From: Mobula hypostoma
Taxonomy: Eukaryota
Direction: 5' to 3'
NCBI RefSeq assembly: GCF_963921235.1
Contig: NC_086097.1
Location: 166,844,001-166,908,000, forward strand
DNA length: 64,000 bases
The notes below the pieces were generated by a model. That model searched no databases, was not told where the DNA came from, and saw nothing but the letters and a program-made list of their open reading frames with translations. The translations under genes were made by a program, and so were the position numbers. Of the stretch, positions 11,921-25,589 are shown piece after piece; positions within the stretch are counted from its first letter, which is position 1; each line of letters opens with the position of its first letter.

Positions 11921-12685
11921 CTAACCCACCCCACCAGCACTACCTACACATCATCTAGCACCACTTTATGTGCATACAACCAGTCTTTGTATATAACAGT
12001 TAATTGTACATTGTGATTTATATTTACATTTTTTTTTGTCTTTTTTATATTTATATTTTTTTGTGTTCTTTATGCTTATTGTGTTTTTTAAATGCTGCTT
12101 TGGAACTAGAGTAACAATCATTTTGTTCTCCTCTACTAAAGAAAGGCAACAGACAATCTGATTCTAAACAGACCTGATTCTAAAACTATTGCACACCTAT
12201 CACGTCCATCACACCTTTGCCATATTTGTCAACTGGTCTAAAATTTAATTCCTTCACTCAGCAATTCGTGTGGATCCTGTCAGTGGGTGGTAAGACAAAT
12301 AGTCTTGATATAAACAGCTCAGAGAGACATATTTCAACAGTAGTTATTCATAGACATCGACTAGAATGCAAGCCCAAAAATGGTTTCATCACGAATTACA
12401 GTAAAATGGTAGACGACTTATCTGACGCCTTAACAAAGACCCATTCAACAAAGTATCAAACTCAGCATTCTGACAAACTTGGTTCAAGGAATACTTTCTC
12501 TATCCCTGCGTTCTTAAAATAGTACCAAGACGTCAATATTTTCCTCATTAAAAGCTGGTCTTGTTTTTGATATTTGTTTTAGGGAATAGCATCCAAGGTT
12601 TACCTGGCGTCAGTGAAAGTACAAATAACATTTCTTCCTTTTTTTTTATCACCGTGACGTATGAAAACTCATTTCCATAAGTCCA

Positions 12686-15220
12686 CAAGACATAGGATCA
12701 TTCAGATCATTCAGCCCATTGAGTCTGTTCCACCATTCCATCACTGTTGATTTATTATCCCTCTCAATCCCACTCTCCCGTCTTCTCCCTGTAACCTTTG
12801 ATGCCCTGACTAATCAAGAACCTATCAACCTCCACCTTAAATAGACTCATGATTTGGCCTCCGCAGCTGCCTGTGGTGATGAATTCCATAGATTCACTAC
12901 CCTCTGGCTCAAGAAGTTCCTCATCTCGGAATGTCTTTCTAGTCTGTGGTGTGCCCCCTGGTCCTAGGCTCACCTACAAGAGGAAACATTCTCCCTACAT
13001 CCACTCTATTCAGACCTTTCAATATTCAATAGTTTTCAATGAGATTCCCCTTCATTCTTTCAAGCTCCAGGGAGCACAGGCCCAGAGCCATTAAACGCTC
13101 CTCATACGTTAACCATTTCATTCCCAGAATTGTATTCGTGAGCCTCCTCTGGACGTTCTGCAATGCCAGAACATCTTTTCTCCAATAAGGGGCCCAGAAC
13201 TGCTCACAATACTCCAAGTACAGTCTATTCAATGCTTTATAAAGCCTCAGCATTGCTGTTATATTCCAGCCCTCTTGAAATGAATGCTGACTGTCTGGGT
13301 AGGCTTATTGTCCTCGTCTGCTCCTGCCTCACTGAACTCATGTCCTCATACCTTGGTTCAATCCCTTCCCACCTACACCTGCAACACTTCCCATGCTCTC
13401 AAACACCTTTGTTACTTTCAATTCACTAACCCTGACCACCTCAATTTGACCCCCATCAAGAAGGCCTCAAAGCTCTCCACTTCTTTCTTAACAAAAGAAC
13501 AAACCAATTCTTCTCCACCACCACCACCATTCTCCATCTGGCAGAACTGGTCCTCACCCTCAACAATTTTTCCTTTGTTTCCTCCCAATTTCTCCCAACT
13601 CGATGTATAGCCATGGGCATGCACGTGGGCCCCAGCTAAGCCTGCCTCTTGTTGGCTATGTAGAAAAGTCCATGTTCAAAGCATTTCCTGGTAATGCTCC
13701 CCAACTTAACCTCCTCTAAAATTGATGACTGCATTGGTGCTACTTCGTGCACTCATGCTGAGCTCTTCAATTTCATCAACTTCAACTCCAATTCCCACCC
13801 TGTCTAAAATCCACTTAGCCCATTTCTGACACCGCCCTACTCTTTCTCGATCTCTCTGTCTCTATCTCTAGAGACAAACTGTCAACCAACATCTTTTATA
13901 AACTTACCACTTCCCACAGCTATCTTGACTATACCTTTTCCCACCATATCTCCTGTAAAACTGCTATGCTCTTTTCTTAGTCCCTTCATCTCTACCGCAT
14001 CTATTCTCAGGATGTGGCTTTCCTTTTCAGGACATCGGAGTCCTGCACAAGGATTCCCAAGCACCTTTGCATCTCTAATTTTCGAATTTCTCCCCCATTT
14101 AGAAAATAGTCTATGCCCTTATTCCTTCTAACAAAGTGCATAACCATACCCTTTCCTATTTAATATTCCATCTGCCACTTCCTCGACCATTATAAGTCCC
14201 CCAATCTAAGTCCTCCTGCAGGCACCTGCTTCCTCAGTGCTACTTGTCCCTCCATCTATCTTCATATCATCTGTAAACTTGGCCATAAATCCACTAATTC
14301 AAATCACTCATTTAAAACATGAAAAGAATAAGTTCCATCACAGACCCCTACAGAACACCACTAGTTACCAGTGGCCAACCAGAAAAGGTCTCTTTTATTC
14401 CCACTCTTTACTTCCTGCCAGTCAGCCAATCTTCTATCCATGCTAATATATTCCCTATAAATACCATGGGACCTTATGCTGTTAAGCAACCTTATGTGCA
14501 GTACCTTGTCAAAGGCCTTCTGAAAATCCAAGTAAAGAATATCCTTTGTCTATCCTGCCTGATATTTCCTCAAAGAATTCCAACATATTTATCAGACAAG
14601 ATTCCTCCTCAAGGAAACCATGCAGACTATCTTCCCAAACACTAGTCAGACTAACTGGTCTATTATTTCCTTTCTTCTGCCTACCTCCCTTCTTAAAGAG
14701 TGGAGTGATATTTGCAAACTTCCAGTTCACCGGAACTATTCTGGAATCTAGTGATTCTTGAAAGATCATGACTGAGGCCTTTACAATCTGTTTAGCTACC
14801 TCTTCAAATACTTGGGTATAGTCCATCTGGTCCAGGTGATTTATCTACTTTCAGACCTTTCAGCTTCCCAAGCACCTTCTCCCTAGTAAAGGTAACAACA
14901 CTCCCATCTGAATTTCTGGCGTACTGCTAGTGGCTTCCATAGTGAAGACTGATGTGAAATACTTATTAAGTTCCTTTGCCATTTCTTTGCCCCCATTACT
15001 ACTTCTCCTGCGTCATTTTCCAGTGGTTCTATATCCACTCTCACCTCTCGTTTTCTCTCTATATATTTGAAAAAAGGTTTGGTGTCCTCTTTCCTATTAT
15101 TGGCTAGCTTCCCTTCATATTTAATCTTTTTTCTCCTTATGGCTTTTTTGGTTGCCTTCTATTGGTTTTTACAAAGCTTCCCAATCTTCTAACTTCTTAC
15201 TAATGTTTGCTATATTGTAA
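12686..15220 (-). mobile_element. CR1 LINE, ORF2 RT region and 3' end (decayed, interrupted)
   Basis: Minus ORFs NWKFANITPLFKKGGRQKKGNNRPVSLTSV and MLRLYKALNRLYLEYCEQFWAPY; CR1 3' tail at about 12686. Confidence 0.9.
13290..14040 (+). mobile_element. Penelope-like reverse transcriptase fragment nested in the CR1
   Basis: DCLGRLIVLVCSCLTEL (cf. PGRPIVS), LAELVLTLNNFSF, AMG..GPS.ACL.VGYVEKSMF, IDDCIG and FLDLSVSISRDKLSTNIFYK are PLE RT motifs across frameshifts. Confidence 0.85.
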
Positions 15221-15419
15221 CTATATCCAAATGCAATGCCAAAAATGCTTGATTCCAATGCATATCCTGGGTGGAATTCTCTAGCACAAAACGTCAATCA
15301 AGAGTTTTCATCCCCACTGTGTTGTGACGACACTAAGTTACAGAAGGAATGATGCAAAGGGAGGGGAAATAGGGGGATCTATTGATGTTGCTGTGGGGGG
15401 GGGGCAAACAAGAATTGGT

Positions 15420-16100
15420 CTTAGTATTGTCATTGGTTTATTATTTTTACATATACCAAGACACAGTGAACAGCTTACCTCGCATACTGTTTATACCTAT
15501 CAAATCATTACATCCGGCATTGAGCTAGAATAAGGCAAAACAATAGCAACTTTTTGAAAGTAATAATGTGCAGAATAAAGTGTCAAAGTACCAAAAGAGT
15601 GAAGTGCAGGTAGAAGATAAAATTAAAGATCTTTACAAGATCAATGGTAAAGCCCAGAATCCATCTTATCATACACGAGGTCCATTCAAGACTCTGATAA
15701 CAGTGGGATTAAAGCTGTCCTTGAGCCTGGTGCTGTGTGCTTTCAGGCTTTTGTAACATTGACCCAATGGGAAAGGTCAGAAGAGAAAATGCCTGGGGAG
15801 GGTTGGGTTTTTATTGTGCTGGCTCTTCTTCTGAGGCAGTGAGAAGTATAGATAGAGTTCAGAGAGGGGAGGCTAATTCCTGTGAGGAGCTGGGCTGTAT
15901 ACACACTTCTCTGCCTTTTCTTGTTGTCACTTGTAGAACAGTTGCCACACCAACCTGTTAAGCATCCAGACAAAATGCATTAATAAAAACTGACAAGAGT
16001 CAACTGCCCATGCTAAATTCCTTTCACCTCCTGTGGACGTAGAGGCATTAGTGAGTTACCTTGGCTGTGACATCAATGCGGTTGGACTCATACATGCTAT
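15420..16100 (-). mobile_element. Rex1/Babar-like LINE 3' fragment
   Basis: Minus ORF SGCLTGWCGNCSTSDNKKRQRSVYTAQLLTGISLPSLNSIYTSHCLRRRASTIK. Confidence 0.75.
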
Positions 16101-16119
16101 TGAAAGGTGATAATGATCT

Positions 16120-16770
16120 GCACCTTGGACCCTGTGAGAGGCTAGTGCAGAAACTGCTGGGACCCCCACAGAGATATTTAAAACATCCTTAGCCATGGAT
16201 GAGGTGCCGGAGGATTGGAGGATAGCTAATGCTGTTTTGTTGGTTAAGAAAGGCTCTAAGAATAAATCAGTAAGTTATAGGCCAGGGAGCCTGACATCAG
16301 TAAGGGAAAGTTATTGAAAAGTATTCTTAAGGACTAGATATTTAAGCATTTGGATAGATAGGGACTGATTAGGGATGATCGGCATGGCATTGTGCATGAT
16401 AAGTCATGTCAAACCAATCTTATAGCGTTTTTTGAGGAAGTTAACAGGGAAGTTGATGAAGGCAAAGCGGTGGATGTTGTCTACATGGACTTTGACAAGG
16501 TCCAACATGGGAGGTTGGGAAAGAAAGTTCAGCCGTTTGGCACTCAAGGTGAGGTGGTAAATTGGATTAGACGTTGGCTTCGTGAACAAAGCCAGAGAGT
16601 GGTAGTAGATGGTTGCCTCTCTGACAGGAGGTCTGAAACTACCGATGTGCCACAGTGATCTGTGCTGGCTGGGTCTTTTGTTATTTGTTATCTCTAACAA
16701 TGATCTGGATGATTATGTGGTTAGCTGGATCAGCAAAGTTGTGGATTTGGGGTGTAGTGGACAGTGATGC
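16120..16770 (+). mobile_element. CR1 LINE RT fragment
   Basis: KSCQTNLIAFFEEVNREVDEGKAVDVVYMDFDKVQHGRL is a CR1 RT motif. Confidence 0.9.
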
Positions 16771-17064
16771 CACAGGATTAGGTTTTAGTAGTCGCATTGC
16801 TTGAGGAATTTATTGACTAAAACAGTGAATGAGTTTGGAAATGGCTTGTAACAGCCCAAAGGAGATTCGCAGAGGCAGCTACTATCACGGCATTTCAGCA
16901 GGACTTGGATGAGCCTTACCATTGAAGACCTCGGGCCCATTGCTGGAAAAAAGCCTGCTATATAATTCGTTGACAGTGACTAAATATTATACAGTTACTT
17001 TATTTTAATTTATTTATCTGTGGAACAGACCTCAGGTCTGGATTTAGATTAATATGAGAAGTTA

Positions 17065-18010
17065 ATAGAACATGGAATGGTACAACAAATACAGGCCCTT
17101 TGGATCACAATGCTGTGCCAAACTTTTAACCTACTCTATAAAATATATCTTTTCTCCCCTGCATAACTCTCTGTTTTACTTTCATCTTTAGATGTAAGAG
17201 TCGCTTAAATCTCCCTAATGTATCCCCTCCCTCTGTCACCACCTCTGGTAGTGGGTTCCATGCACAACACTCTCTGAGTTAAAAAGCATACATCTGACCT
17301 TCACCCCCCCCCACCCCCAAGTCTTTCTTCCAATCTCCTTAAAATTATGCCTTCTCCTATGAGGCATTTCTGCTGAGGCAAAAGGGAGCTGGCTCTCCAC
17401 TCTATACAAGCCTTCAGCATGGCACCTCTTATTCCTTGCTCCAAAGAGAAAAGTCCCAGTTCATGCAACCTCTCCTCATAAGACATGCTCTCTAATCCAC
17501 GCCACATCTTGCCAGATCTCCTCTGCACCCTCTCTAAAGCTTCCGCATCTTTCCTACAGTATAATAAGACAACCAGGGCTGAAAGTAGTTCTCCAAGTGG
17601 GTTCTAACTAGTGTTTTATAGAGCTGCAATATTACCCTATGGCACTTGAACTCAGTCCCCAACTAATGAAGGCCATCAGATCATACAATTTCTTAACACC
17701 TCCCCATTAATTTGAGCAACAGATTTGATAGATGTATGGACATGGACCCCAACATCTCACTGTTCATCCTCAATGCTAAGAATCCTGTTATTAACTATGT
17801 ACTCTGCCTTCAAGTTCAATCTTCCAAAGTGTATAACTTCATACTTTTCCAGATTGAACTCCGTCTACCACTTCTCAGTCCAGCTCTGGATCCTATCAAT
17901 AACCCACATTAATCCATGGCAAACTTTAATGCTATCCACAACACCACCAAGCTTGTACCATCTGCAAACTTACTAACCCACCTTTCCACTTCCCCATCAA
18001 AGTCATTTAC
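17065..18010 (-). mobile_element. CR1 LINE 3' fragment (decayed)
   Basis: Minus ORF GLESMSYEERLHELGLFSLEQ; antisense KFADGTKL at about 17950-17975; CR1 3' UTR. Confidence 0.8.
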
Positions 18011-18289
18011 AGTATCAAATTCACAAAGAGCAGGGATCCCCTCACAGATGCCTGAAGATCTGTGGGCAGTGAAAGGAAGTTTCTGGCTGCACTCTGAATA
18101 GAAGAATGTAGGGAGTAGAAATAAGCCTATCAGCCTCTCAAACCTGCTTCACTATTCAATTTGCTCTTAGCTGAGCCAACCTGGACTTCATTTTTTCCTC
18201 TGCTCTCTCCCCATGACCCTAAATGATAAAGGTATCTGAACGAGCTGAGGAAAATGGAACTAACTGGACTGGTCATTCTTCTGCATTCC

Positions 18290-18550
18290 AGTGCATAAAG
18301 CCTTAACCTATTCAGCCTTTCCTTATAACTCAGATCCTCATGTCCGGCAACATCTTTGTAAATTTTCTCTGCACTTTTTCGAGTTTACTGGTATGTTTCC
18401 TGTAGGTAGGTGACCAGAAATGCACACAATACTCCAAATTTGTCCTAATCAACATCTTATATAACTTTGAGAAAACAATATAACTCCTGTATTCATTGTC
18501 CTGATTTATGGAGGCAAACGTGCCAAAGCTCTTTTTATTACTCTATTGTA
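18290..18550 (-). mobile_element. CR1 LINE internal fragment
   Basis: Antisense of LEYCVHFWSPTYRKH (ggtgaccagaaatgcacacaatactccaa). Confidence 0.7.
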
Positions 18551-21017
18551 ATAATGCATTGATTCTGGAATAAATTAAATCCATGAAAAATTTCTTCAAG
18601 TACTTTCAGATAATCAAACCAAGTATCTAAAAGCTACACTGACCATAGAGGAACTCTGCATTGTGGCTTACTTAAAGACTGCAACATAGCCAAAGTCAGA
18701 AAATCATTCAATTCCCTTTCCATTTTTCCTTACAATATAGAAGCAGCCATCACCACACAGATTGTCCACATGGATACATTTACTCCCTTCTTGACCATAA
18801 AGAGCCAAGTCGAGTTTCTATTGAGTCTACACTTTTCTGAGATAAAAGACATAGGGCTTCAAATCTCTTAGTATAAGTGAGATCCTTTAATCAATGCCGG
18901 TGGCTGCTAGCTGAGCCTCTGCAGGGGTGTCCAAATCACCCAAGTGGAGTAAGGTGTGAGAATGCTTAACTGCATACAGTATATTAAATTAAGCTGAACT
19001 ATCACCATAAAAAAGAGACAAAGACAGGAAAACAGGGATGGTTGGAACAATACATAAGTATTCATCCTTGTTTTCTAATCCACACTGCTTTTGACCAAGC
19101 TTCTATACCAAAACTTACAAATTTTACCCTCCATCTAGAAAAAAAAATGAAAAATGAATAAAAATAAAATATCATTTACTGTTTTATTTCTTTGGGAGAA
19201 AGTATTAATTGCTGACTTTATAGGCTTGTTCCTCCATAGTATGTGTGCTAATCAAATCCACTGGATGGCAGAAGAGTCAAACCAATTCAATGGAGAGTCC
19301 CTTGTGTTTACTAGACATCACTTTCTTCTTGGGAGAGCTAAGACAGTTACTATCAGTGATTCGTTACTTATCAGTATGATGGATACTTATATATAAATGC
19401 ACTCAGTTGAAGATCCTAATATTACATTTAGTTTCAGCACATTTCAGCATGTAGCTTTGCCAATACAGATCATCAGGTGTGTGCAGTTCTGAGCTTATGC
19501 TACAGAAGGAATACATATTAAGAACACATAAAACAGCTGACTGATCAGGACTTGCTGGAACTTGGTCAGCACCCTGTTCGGTGTAGGTTCATATTTTCCA
19601 AATGAGAGTTAGCTTCTCAACTGGAAACTGCTCCGGCCAATGGTGTGAGTGACAGTGGAGTAGGTCAATGGCAGCAGCTTCAAAATGTGACACATAAGGC
19701 AGCTAGTAACCCCATTCTCTCTCAATTGAAATGCCTTTGTAAGCAGACATGAATCTAGGTTGGACAATGACCGAAGATCTCAAAGAGAAGGCAGTAATAT
19801 TGGAATGGAACTGAAACATTTTCCATAGATAAAAGATGACAAATCCAGATGTGTCTCAAATCATGGAATCCAGTGTGCTTTGAATTATTTTAGGTGGGTG
19901 AAACTTTTGCCTCTTTTCCCTATCTTTGATTCGATCAAGAGATGGAGATGACCATCCCACAGTGGCAAGATTCTCTAAAAATCAAGTGTACTCCAGATAA
20001 TATTTTCATTAATTTAACAGAATTTTTTTCACAGACCATGAAGTTATTTCCACATTAGTACTGTACAAAAAAATCCTTATTGGGTCGTAACTCAAGATGA
20101 TCAAGTCCCTTATACCACACCTTGCTGCAGGAGTAAACCTGCATAATTAATAATCATTGAATAAATAAGCACAGTAGATTCTTTAATGAAGAGTGAGCTG
20201 TTGATGACGCTGTCTGTGTATCAAGGAAATTTCTTCATCATATTAAAGTAACAATTATAACATTAGCTTATAGTGCTGAATAGAAGCCAAGATATAAGTG
20301 ACTTGTTTTAAATGGTAAGCTTGCAAGCAACCAATTCTATCTGAAGGAATGGAATGCTCTCGTTCCATAATCCTCCTCTGTGGAATTGACAGAAAGTGGG
20401 TGAAAGCAGATTAGTTCAGTAGCAAATGTAATCTATACAGTTTAAACACAATAGTTTTCTTTGGCACTGTTTGCTGGCCACTGGATATGTTAGCTATTGC
20501 ATGTTTCCATTTGCACAAATATTAGATCCAAGAAAAATGTTACTATTATATTGGAAGAGATGGTCAGAGATGGACTGCTACAACATAATCATATTAATGT
20601 GCTGTATTGAACAAAAGAAATGCCAATTTACTTCACCCACTACAATATTCAGCCAAATTGGACAATGGAACGGGCAGTTCCATTTTGACTTAGCAATACC
20701 TCAGCATCAAGTCATTACCATGCTCAGTACGAGCTGAGAAAGTATCATAGAGGATAGCTCAATTATTTCATAGCCTGATAGACCAGGAATGAGGGAAAAT
20801 GGCTAAATCTGGGCTTTGAGCAAGTTCAGAAAACAAATTCATAGATTAAGTAAATGTCACATAAATCTGAGAAGGAATAAACTGACAGGGAATTATATGA
20901 AATAGTAAAACTGAGAAAAGAAAAAAATGCTTGACGTTTAGTTTTAGAGAATGCGGGTGATAGAGATTGTCCTAGGTTTTATACACCCACTGTGGCCCTC
21001 TGTTCAAACCACAGGAG

Positions 21018-21488
21018 TGTCAGGATTCTGGAGCAGGGATCCAATCACAGACGCTGTACTGTGCACACAGTGATATTAATTGTGCAACAACTCTCAAGGT
21101 GCAAACAAACTCAGCGTCAAAGTTCAGGCAGAGATCAAAACATCCAGAGAAATCCAAAAACCAGAATTGGGAAACAGGCAGAGTCGATATTCCGACGGAC
21201 AGAGTTCAGATACGAATGCTGGAAAGGCTCAGGAAAACTCAACTGGCACAATCTGGCAACAAACAGGTGAAGACACAGGACTGAAATACACAGAGAGGCA
21301 GATGATAGGTGGAGCACAATGAGACACAGGTGGCAGCAATACAGGTAATAATGAGAAACAGATTAGAGACGGAGTACTCAGTAATACAGGGGTCGGAGTA
21401 GAGCAGGAGCACGTGGTAATACAAAACCACAGACTGTCTGCAAGGGGGAAACACACAAAAAGACAGAGTTCAACTGGAGGTACTGACA
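21018..21488. mobile_element. Solo LTR (Gypsy-type)
   Basis: Inverted termini TGTCAG...CTGACA; flanks aggag/agggg form a 5-bp TSD with one mismatch; 471 bp with no coding content. Confidence 0.7.
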
Positions 21489-22139
21489 AGGGGTTCAACA
21501 GAATACTCTATATAGTTACATGCATTTTGTTTTAGAAAGTAGGCTAAGAATTTAAATGGTACCATGAGTGATATTAACTTTATATAGATAAGCTAAAATA
21601 AAGTAACTATAAAATCATGGATGTTAAATTTCTGAAACATATATCAGATTTTTTTAGATGAGTATGTTGAGGAGCAAACTAGGAAACAGGTATCCTAGAC
21701 TGGGTATTGTGCTATGAGTGAGGTATAGATAATTTATTGGACAATACTAATTGCACGGGAACTGAGGAAGCAGAAGATTCGACCATCTCCGAAGGCTCTG
21801 AAGTCACATAACCTAAACCTGATTTTTATGTCAGGTGTATTTAATTATGAATTTACGACCCCCAGCTGCAAAAGTAAAGAAGTATGAGAGGGACTGAATT
21901 CATATCTCCTGATCAATGGTCCATGCCTATAGACATTTGTCCAATACCTTAATCACATGCCTGTGCTATCATAAAGACTTCATGTTCTGTGTATTTATGT
22001 TTTTTGTTATGAAGAGTGATATCTATTGTAAAAGTGCAGCTGATTTTGCTGCATTCTGGTTTTCAATGGAACGTAACTAAACAACAATATGTCCAACTTG
22101 GCACTTCATCTCAATGGAAAAGAGAGGGAGAATCTATGT

Positions 22140-22725
22140 GTACATTAACAAAGATTGGTGCACAAACTCAAGTGTAGTTTGCAATCACTGTTTGGGGGCA
22201 AATGAACATCTTACAATTAAAGGCCGGGCACATTACCTGCTCAGGGAGTTTACTGTTGCATTCATCACCACTGTATAACATCTCCCCCCACCCCCCTCCC
22301 AGGTGAGCAGCCACTGTCTGTAACAGCAGCAGACAGGGAAGGACTCTGCATACAGTCAAACCCCATAAGTCTGCAGGGCCAGACAACATCGCAAGCAGAG
22401 TATTCATGGAGTATGCACACCAATTCACTGACATCTTCATGGACACCTTTAACACATCTCTCATCCAAGCTGCTATCCCCATATGCTTCAGATCTGCCAA
22501 CATCAACTCTGTAGTAAAGAACTCTTACACATTCAGAACTAATTATCTACCATCCAGTGGTACTGATGCCGATCATCATAATTTGCTTTGAACAGTTGGT
22601 AATGGAACCAAAGAAAAACTCCATTCCTGCTACAATGGACACTCACCAATATGCTTACCAACAGAACCTCTCTATGACAGATGTCATATCACCTGTCATG
22701 CACTTGGCCCTGACACACCTGGCCA
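22140..22725 (+). mobile_element. Rex1/Babar-like RT N-terminal fragment
   Basis: PHKSAGPDNI, EYAHQFTDIFMDTFNTSLIQAAIPICFRSANI, CFEQLV, DTHQYAYQQNLSMTDVI..HLALTHL. Confidence 0.8.
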
Positions 22726-23340
22726 CTTATGACACTCCTCCATTTACCAGTACATCTGCGCTCACTCCACCTTCCTGCCAATATAATAGTGATAGAGATT
22801 TTCTTGTCCTCATCTTCCACCCCATCAGCCCCTTCCCATTCTGACATGTCAGTCCATGGCCTCCTCTTGTGCCAAGATAATACCACCCCGAGGGTGGAAG
22901 TGCAACACCTTATATTCCGTCTGGATACCCTCCAACCTGATGGTATTTCTCCTTCCGCTGAACAAAATTCCCCCCTTCCCTTCCTCTATTCTTCACTCTA
23001 ACCTTTTATAACTTCTCAACCGCCTATTACTCCCTCCCAGGTCTCCTTCATCTTCCTTTTCTCCTATTGTCCACTCTCCCCTCTTATCACATTCTTTCTT
23101 CTCCAGCCCTTGACCTTTCCCACTCACCTGGCTTCGCCTATCCCCTTCCAGCCAGACTCTTTCCCATTCCCACACTGTTTAATTCAGGCATCTCCGAATT
23201 TCCCTCTCAGTCCTGAAGAAGGGTCTCAGCCTGAAATATCGACTGTATCCTCTTTTCCATAGATGTCTCCTAACCTGCTGAGTTCTTCCAGCATTATGTG
23301 TGCATTGCATTTCCAGCATCTGCGGACTTTCTCCTGTTTT
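22726..23340 (+). mobile_element. Penelope-like 3' fragment with pseudo-LTR and hammerhead motif
   Basis: SHSDMSVHGLLLCQD...VQHLIFRLDTLQPDG; hammerhead-like motif at 23208-23245. Confidence 0.85.
23208..23245 (+). ncRNA. Putative minimal type I hammerhead ribozyme (Penelope pLTR)
   Basis: CAGTC-CTGAAGA-A-GGGT-CTCA-GCCT-GAAA-TA-TC-GACTG: perfect 5-bp stem I, intact core, palindromic ATAT stem III. Confidence 0.65.
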
Positions 23341-24049
23341 TCACCTGTATCAGAATGCTGTTTCTCGATTTCAGTTTGTTCCACAGACCTTGATGAGCAA
23401 ACTCCTGCTCCTCGGTCTGAATAGACCTCTACACAACTTCCAAACCAACAGACCATTGGCTTTCAATTGAAAGTATCACTGTAGTAACTGCAAAAACACT
23501 GAAGCCTTATATCTAGGTGAACTGCATTTTTGTAATTTGTTAATATCTTTATGATTCCAATCTTATTACTGTATTAAATTTCTTAGATAAAAAGGCAAAC
23601 ATTTAATTAGAAAGATTCAATATTACTTCTCATTGGAATGGTCTGTACTTCCCCAGTCGAGGTTTATTGTTGCTTCATAGATACAGTATTTGAGCTAATG
23701 AATGCAAAATATGAATGCACATTTAGAAGAAATATGAGAACTGAAGTGGGCTACACAAAGCTGGCACTTTTATTGATTTACAATTATGTTGGAAATTACT
23801 GATAACCAACTTTATTGAGGCAACACACAAAATGTTGTCGGATCTCAAAGCTTTGTTCTAGATGTCATCATCTTCTGTCTCCTGTGTCTCTGTCTTTATT
23901 TGGAAATACCTACAGTAATGTAGGCCCTCTATTTATTTACAAGATCGAAGGAGGTCAGTTTGGCCCATCTACAACGCATCAACTCTCCTCCGGAGATCTC
24001 TGAGACCCTATCAAATTCACTCATCAACTCACTGGGGAGGGAATGACGA

Positions 24050-24215
24050 TAGCCAACTAACCACCAATCTGTACATCTTTGGAATGGGGGAGAAAACTGC
24101 AGCACCTGTGGGGAAACTCACAGGAGGAGTGTGCAAACTACACAAAGACGGCATCCAGGATTAGGACTGAACCCATGTTGTTGAACCTGTGAGGCAGCAG
24201 ATCTACCAGTGGCAC
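24050..24215 (-). mobile_element. V-SINE fragment
   Basis: Antisense V-domain acatctttggaatgggggagaaaactgcagcacc and decayed tRNA-like head. Confidence 0.6.
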
Positions 24216-25589
24216 TGGTAACTAATTTCTTTCTTCATAGAATCACTGAAATTTATGACATAGGAAGCTGCAGGCTGGCACACAACAAAAAAAATTCTAT
24301 TTTTACCAGCCTTACTTCCAATCCTTTTAGATACAACTCTTTCAATGCTCATCCATGCATAACATGCTTTATGTTCCCTGGAACTGTTTTAAAGTTGGAG
24401 GGATGTGCAGATGGAATAGTGTGATAACGATGAGCTATCTTGGGGAAGTAGCAATGAAACTTACTCTGAAGTTCAATCTTTCTGTAAGTTAGATACTTGT
24501 TTCCAGATACAATTGCTTTCTGGATGACCTGTGCAAATAACTGTGTTGGAAACAAGTCTTGAGGGACTTTCACAAGGTGAGATTATAGAATGGCACTTCA
24601 CCTTCTTCCTTAAAGAAATAGAAGTATTTTTTTCTAGCAATGGTTTTAAAATGCTCTGATGGACCAAAGCTCTTGAGTAGATGTTAAAGAGATTTGAAAT
24701 CCTAATGATTCTACCATTAGATTTTTAAACGTGTGTTCCCCATCCATCTGCTTTTCAGAAAAGAGTGTTCCACATCCTGGAATGAGCATTCACTTATCTG
24801 GAGTTGAAGTTCTAAACTTACTACATATGAATTTAATCCGCAGGCTTTCAGTTGAAAGTATTGCTGTAGTAATTGCAAACACACTGAAGCATTCTATCCA
24901 GGTGAATAGCATCTTTGTAGCATATTCATAATTTGTAAATATCTTTATGACACCATCTTTGTTTTAAATTACCATTAAGAGTAACCGACTGCCAGCTGGA
25001 GAGCTCACACTCGACTCTTTGCCAGTCTGAAACAAATTGCATCCCCACTGAAAAGATGCCTCCAAGATTTTTTTCTTTGAAACAGTAGACTGTAACCAGA
25101 ACAACTGAAATAGGCTGCAGTGATCTCAGTCTTTAGACATGAGGGAGGCTGCCTGAGCTTTTGAGAATTTCCAAGATCTTCTATTTTCCTTCAGATTTTC
25201 CAGAATTTTTTGTTTGAAAACAGAACAGCCACTTTAGTTCAGCTGTTAACAAAGTTGAAACAGTAATAAACATAGAGGAAGTACAGCGTGCCAAAATACC
25301 CTGATCTGTGATATGGTTTATAAACCAGGAACATCCATGACCCTGCTTTAGAGTGGGTCTGTTAAGGGCAACATAGGACTTGCAGTCACTTGAACCAGTT
25401 CTACCATTCAGTCAGACCCAGAGGTAGGTGCTTGACCTGAAAAATCAACTGTCCAATTCCCTCCATAGATTCTACAAGATCCACTGAGTCTTTGTCTCCA
25501 GTTCTTCTTACGTTTTTGTCTAGAAAAGATCTATTCATTTCAAGTCAAGAAAGTGCACCACTTATTCATGTGTATATCAGACATAAACA

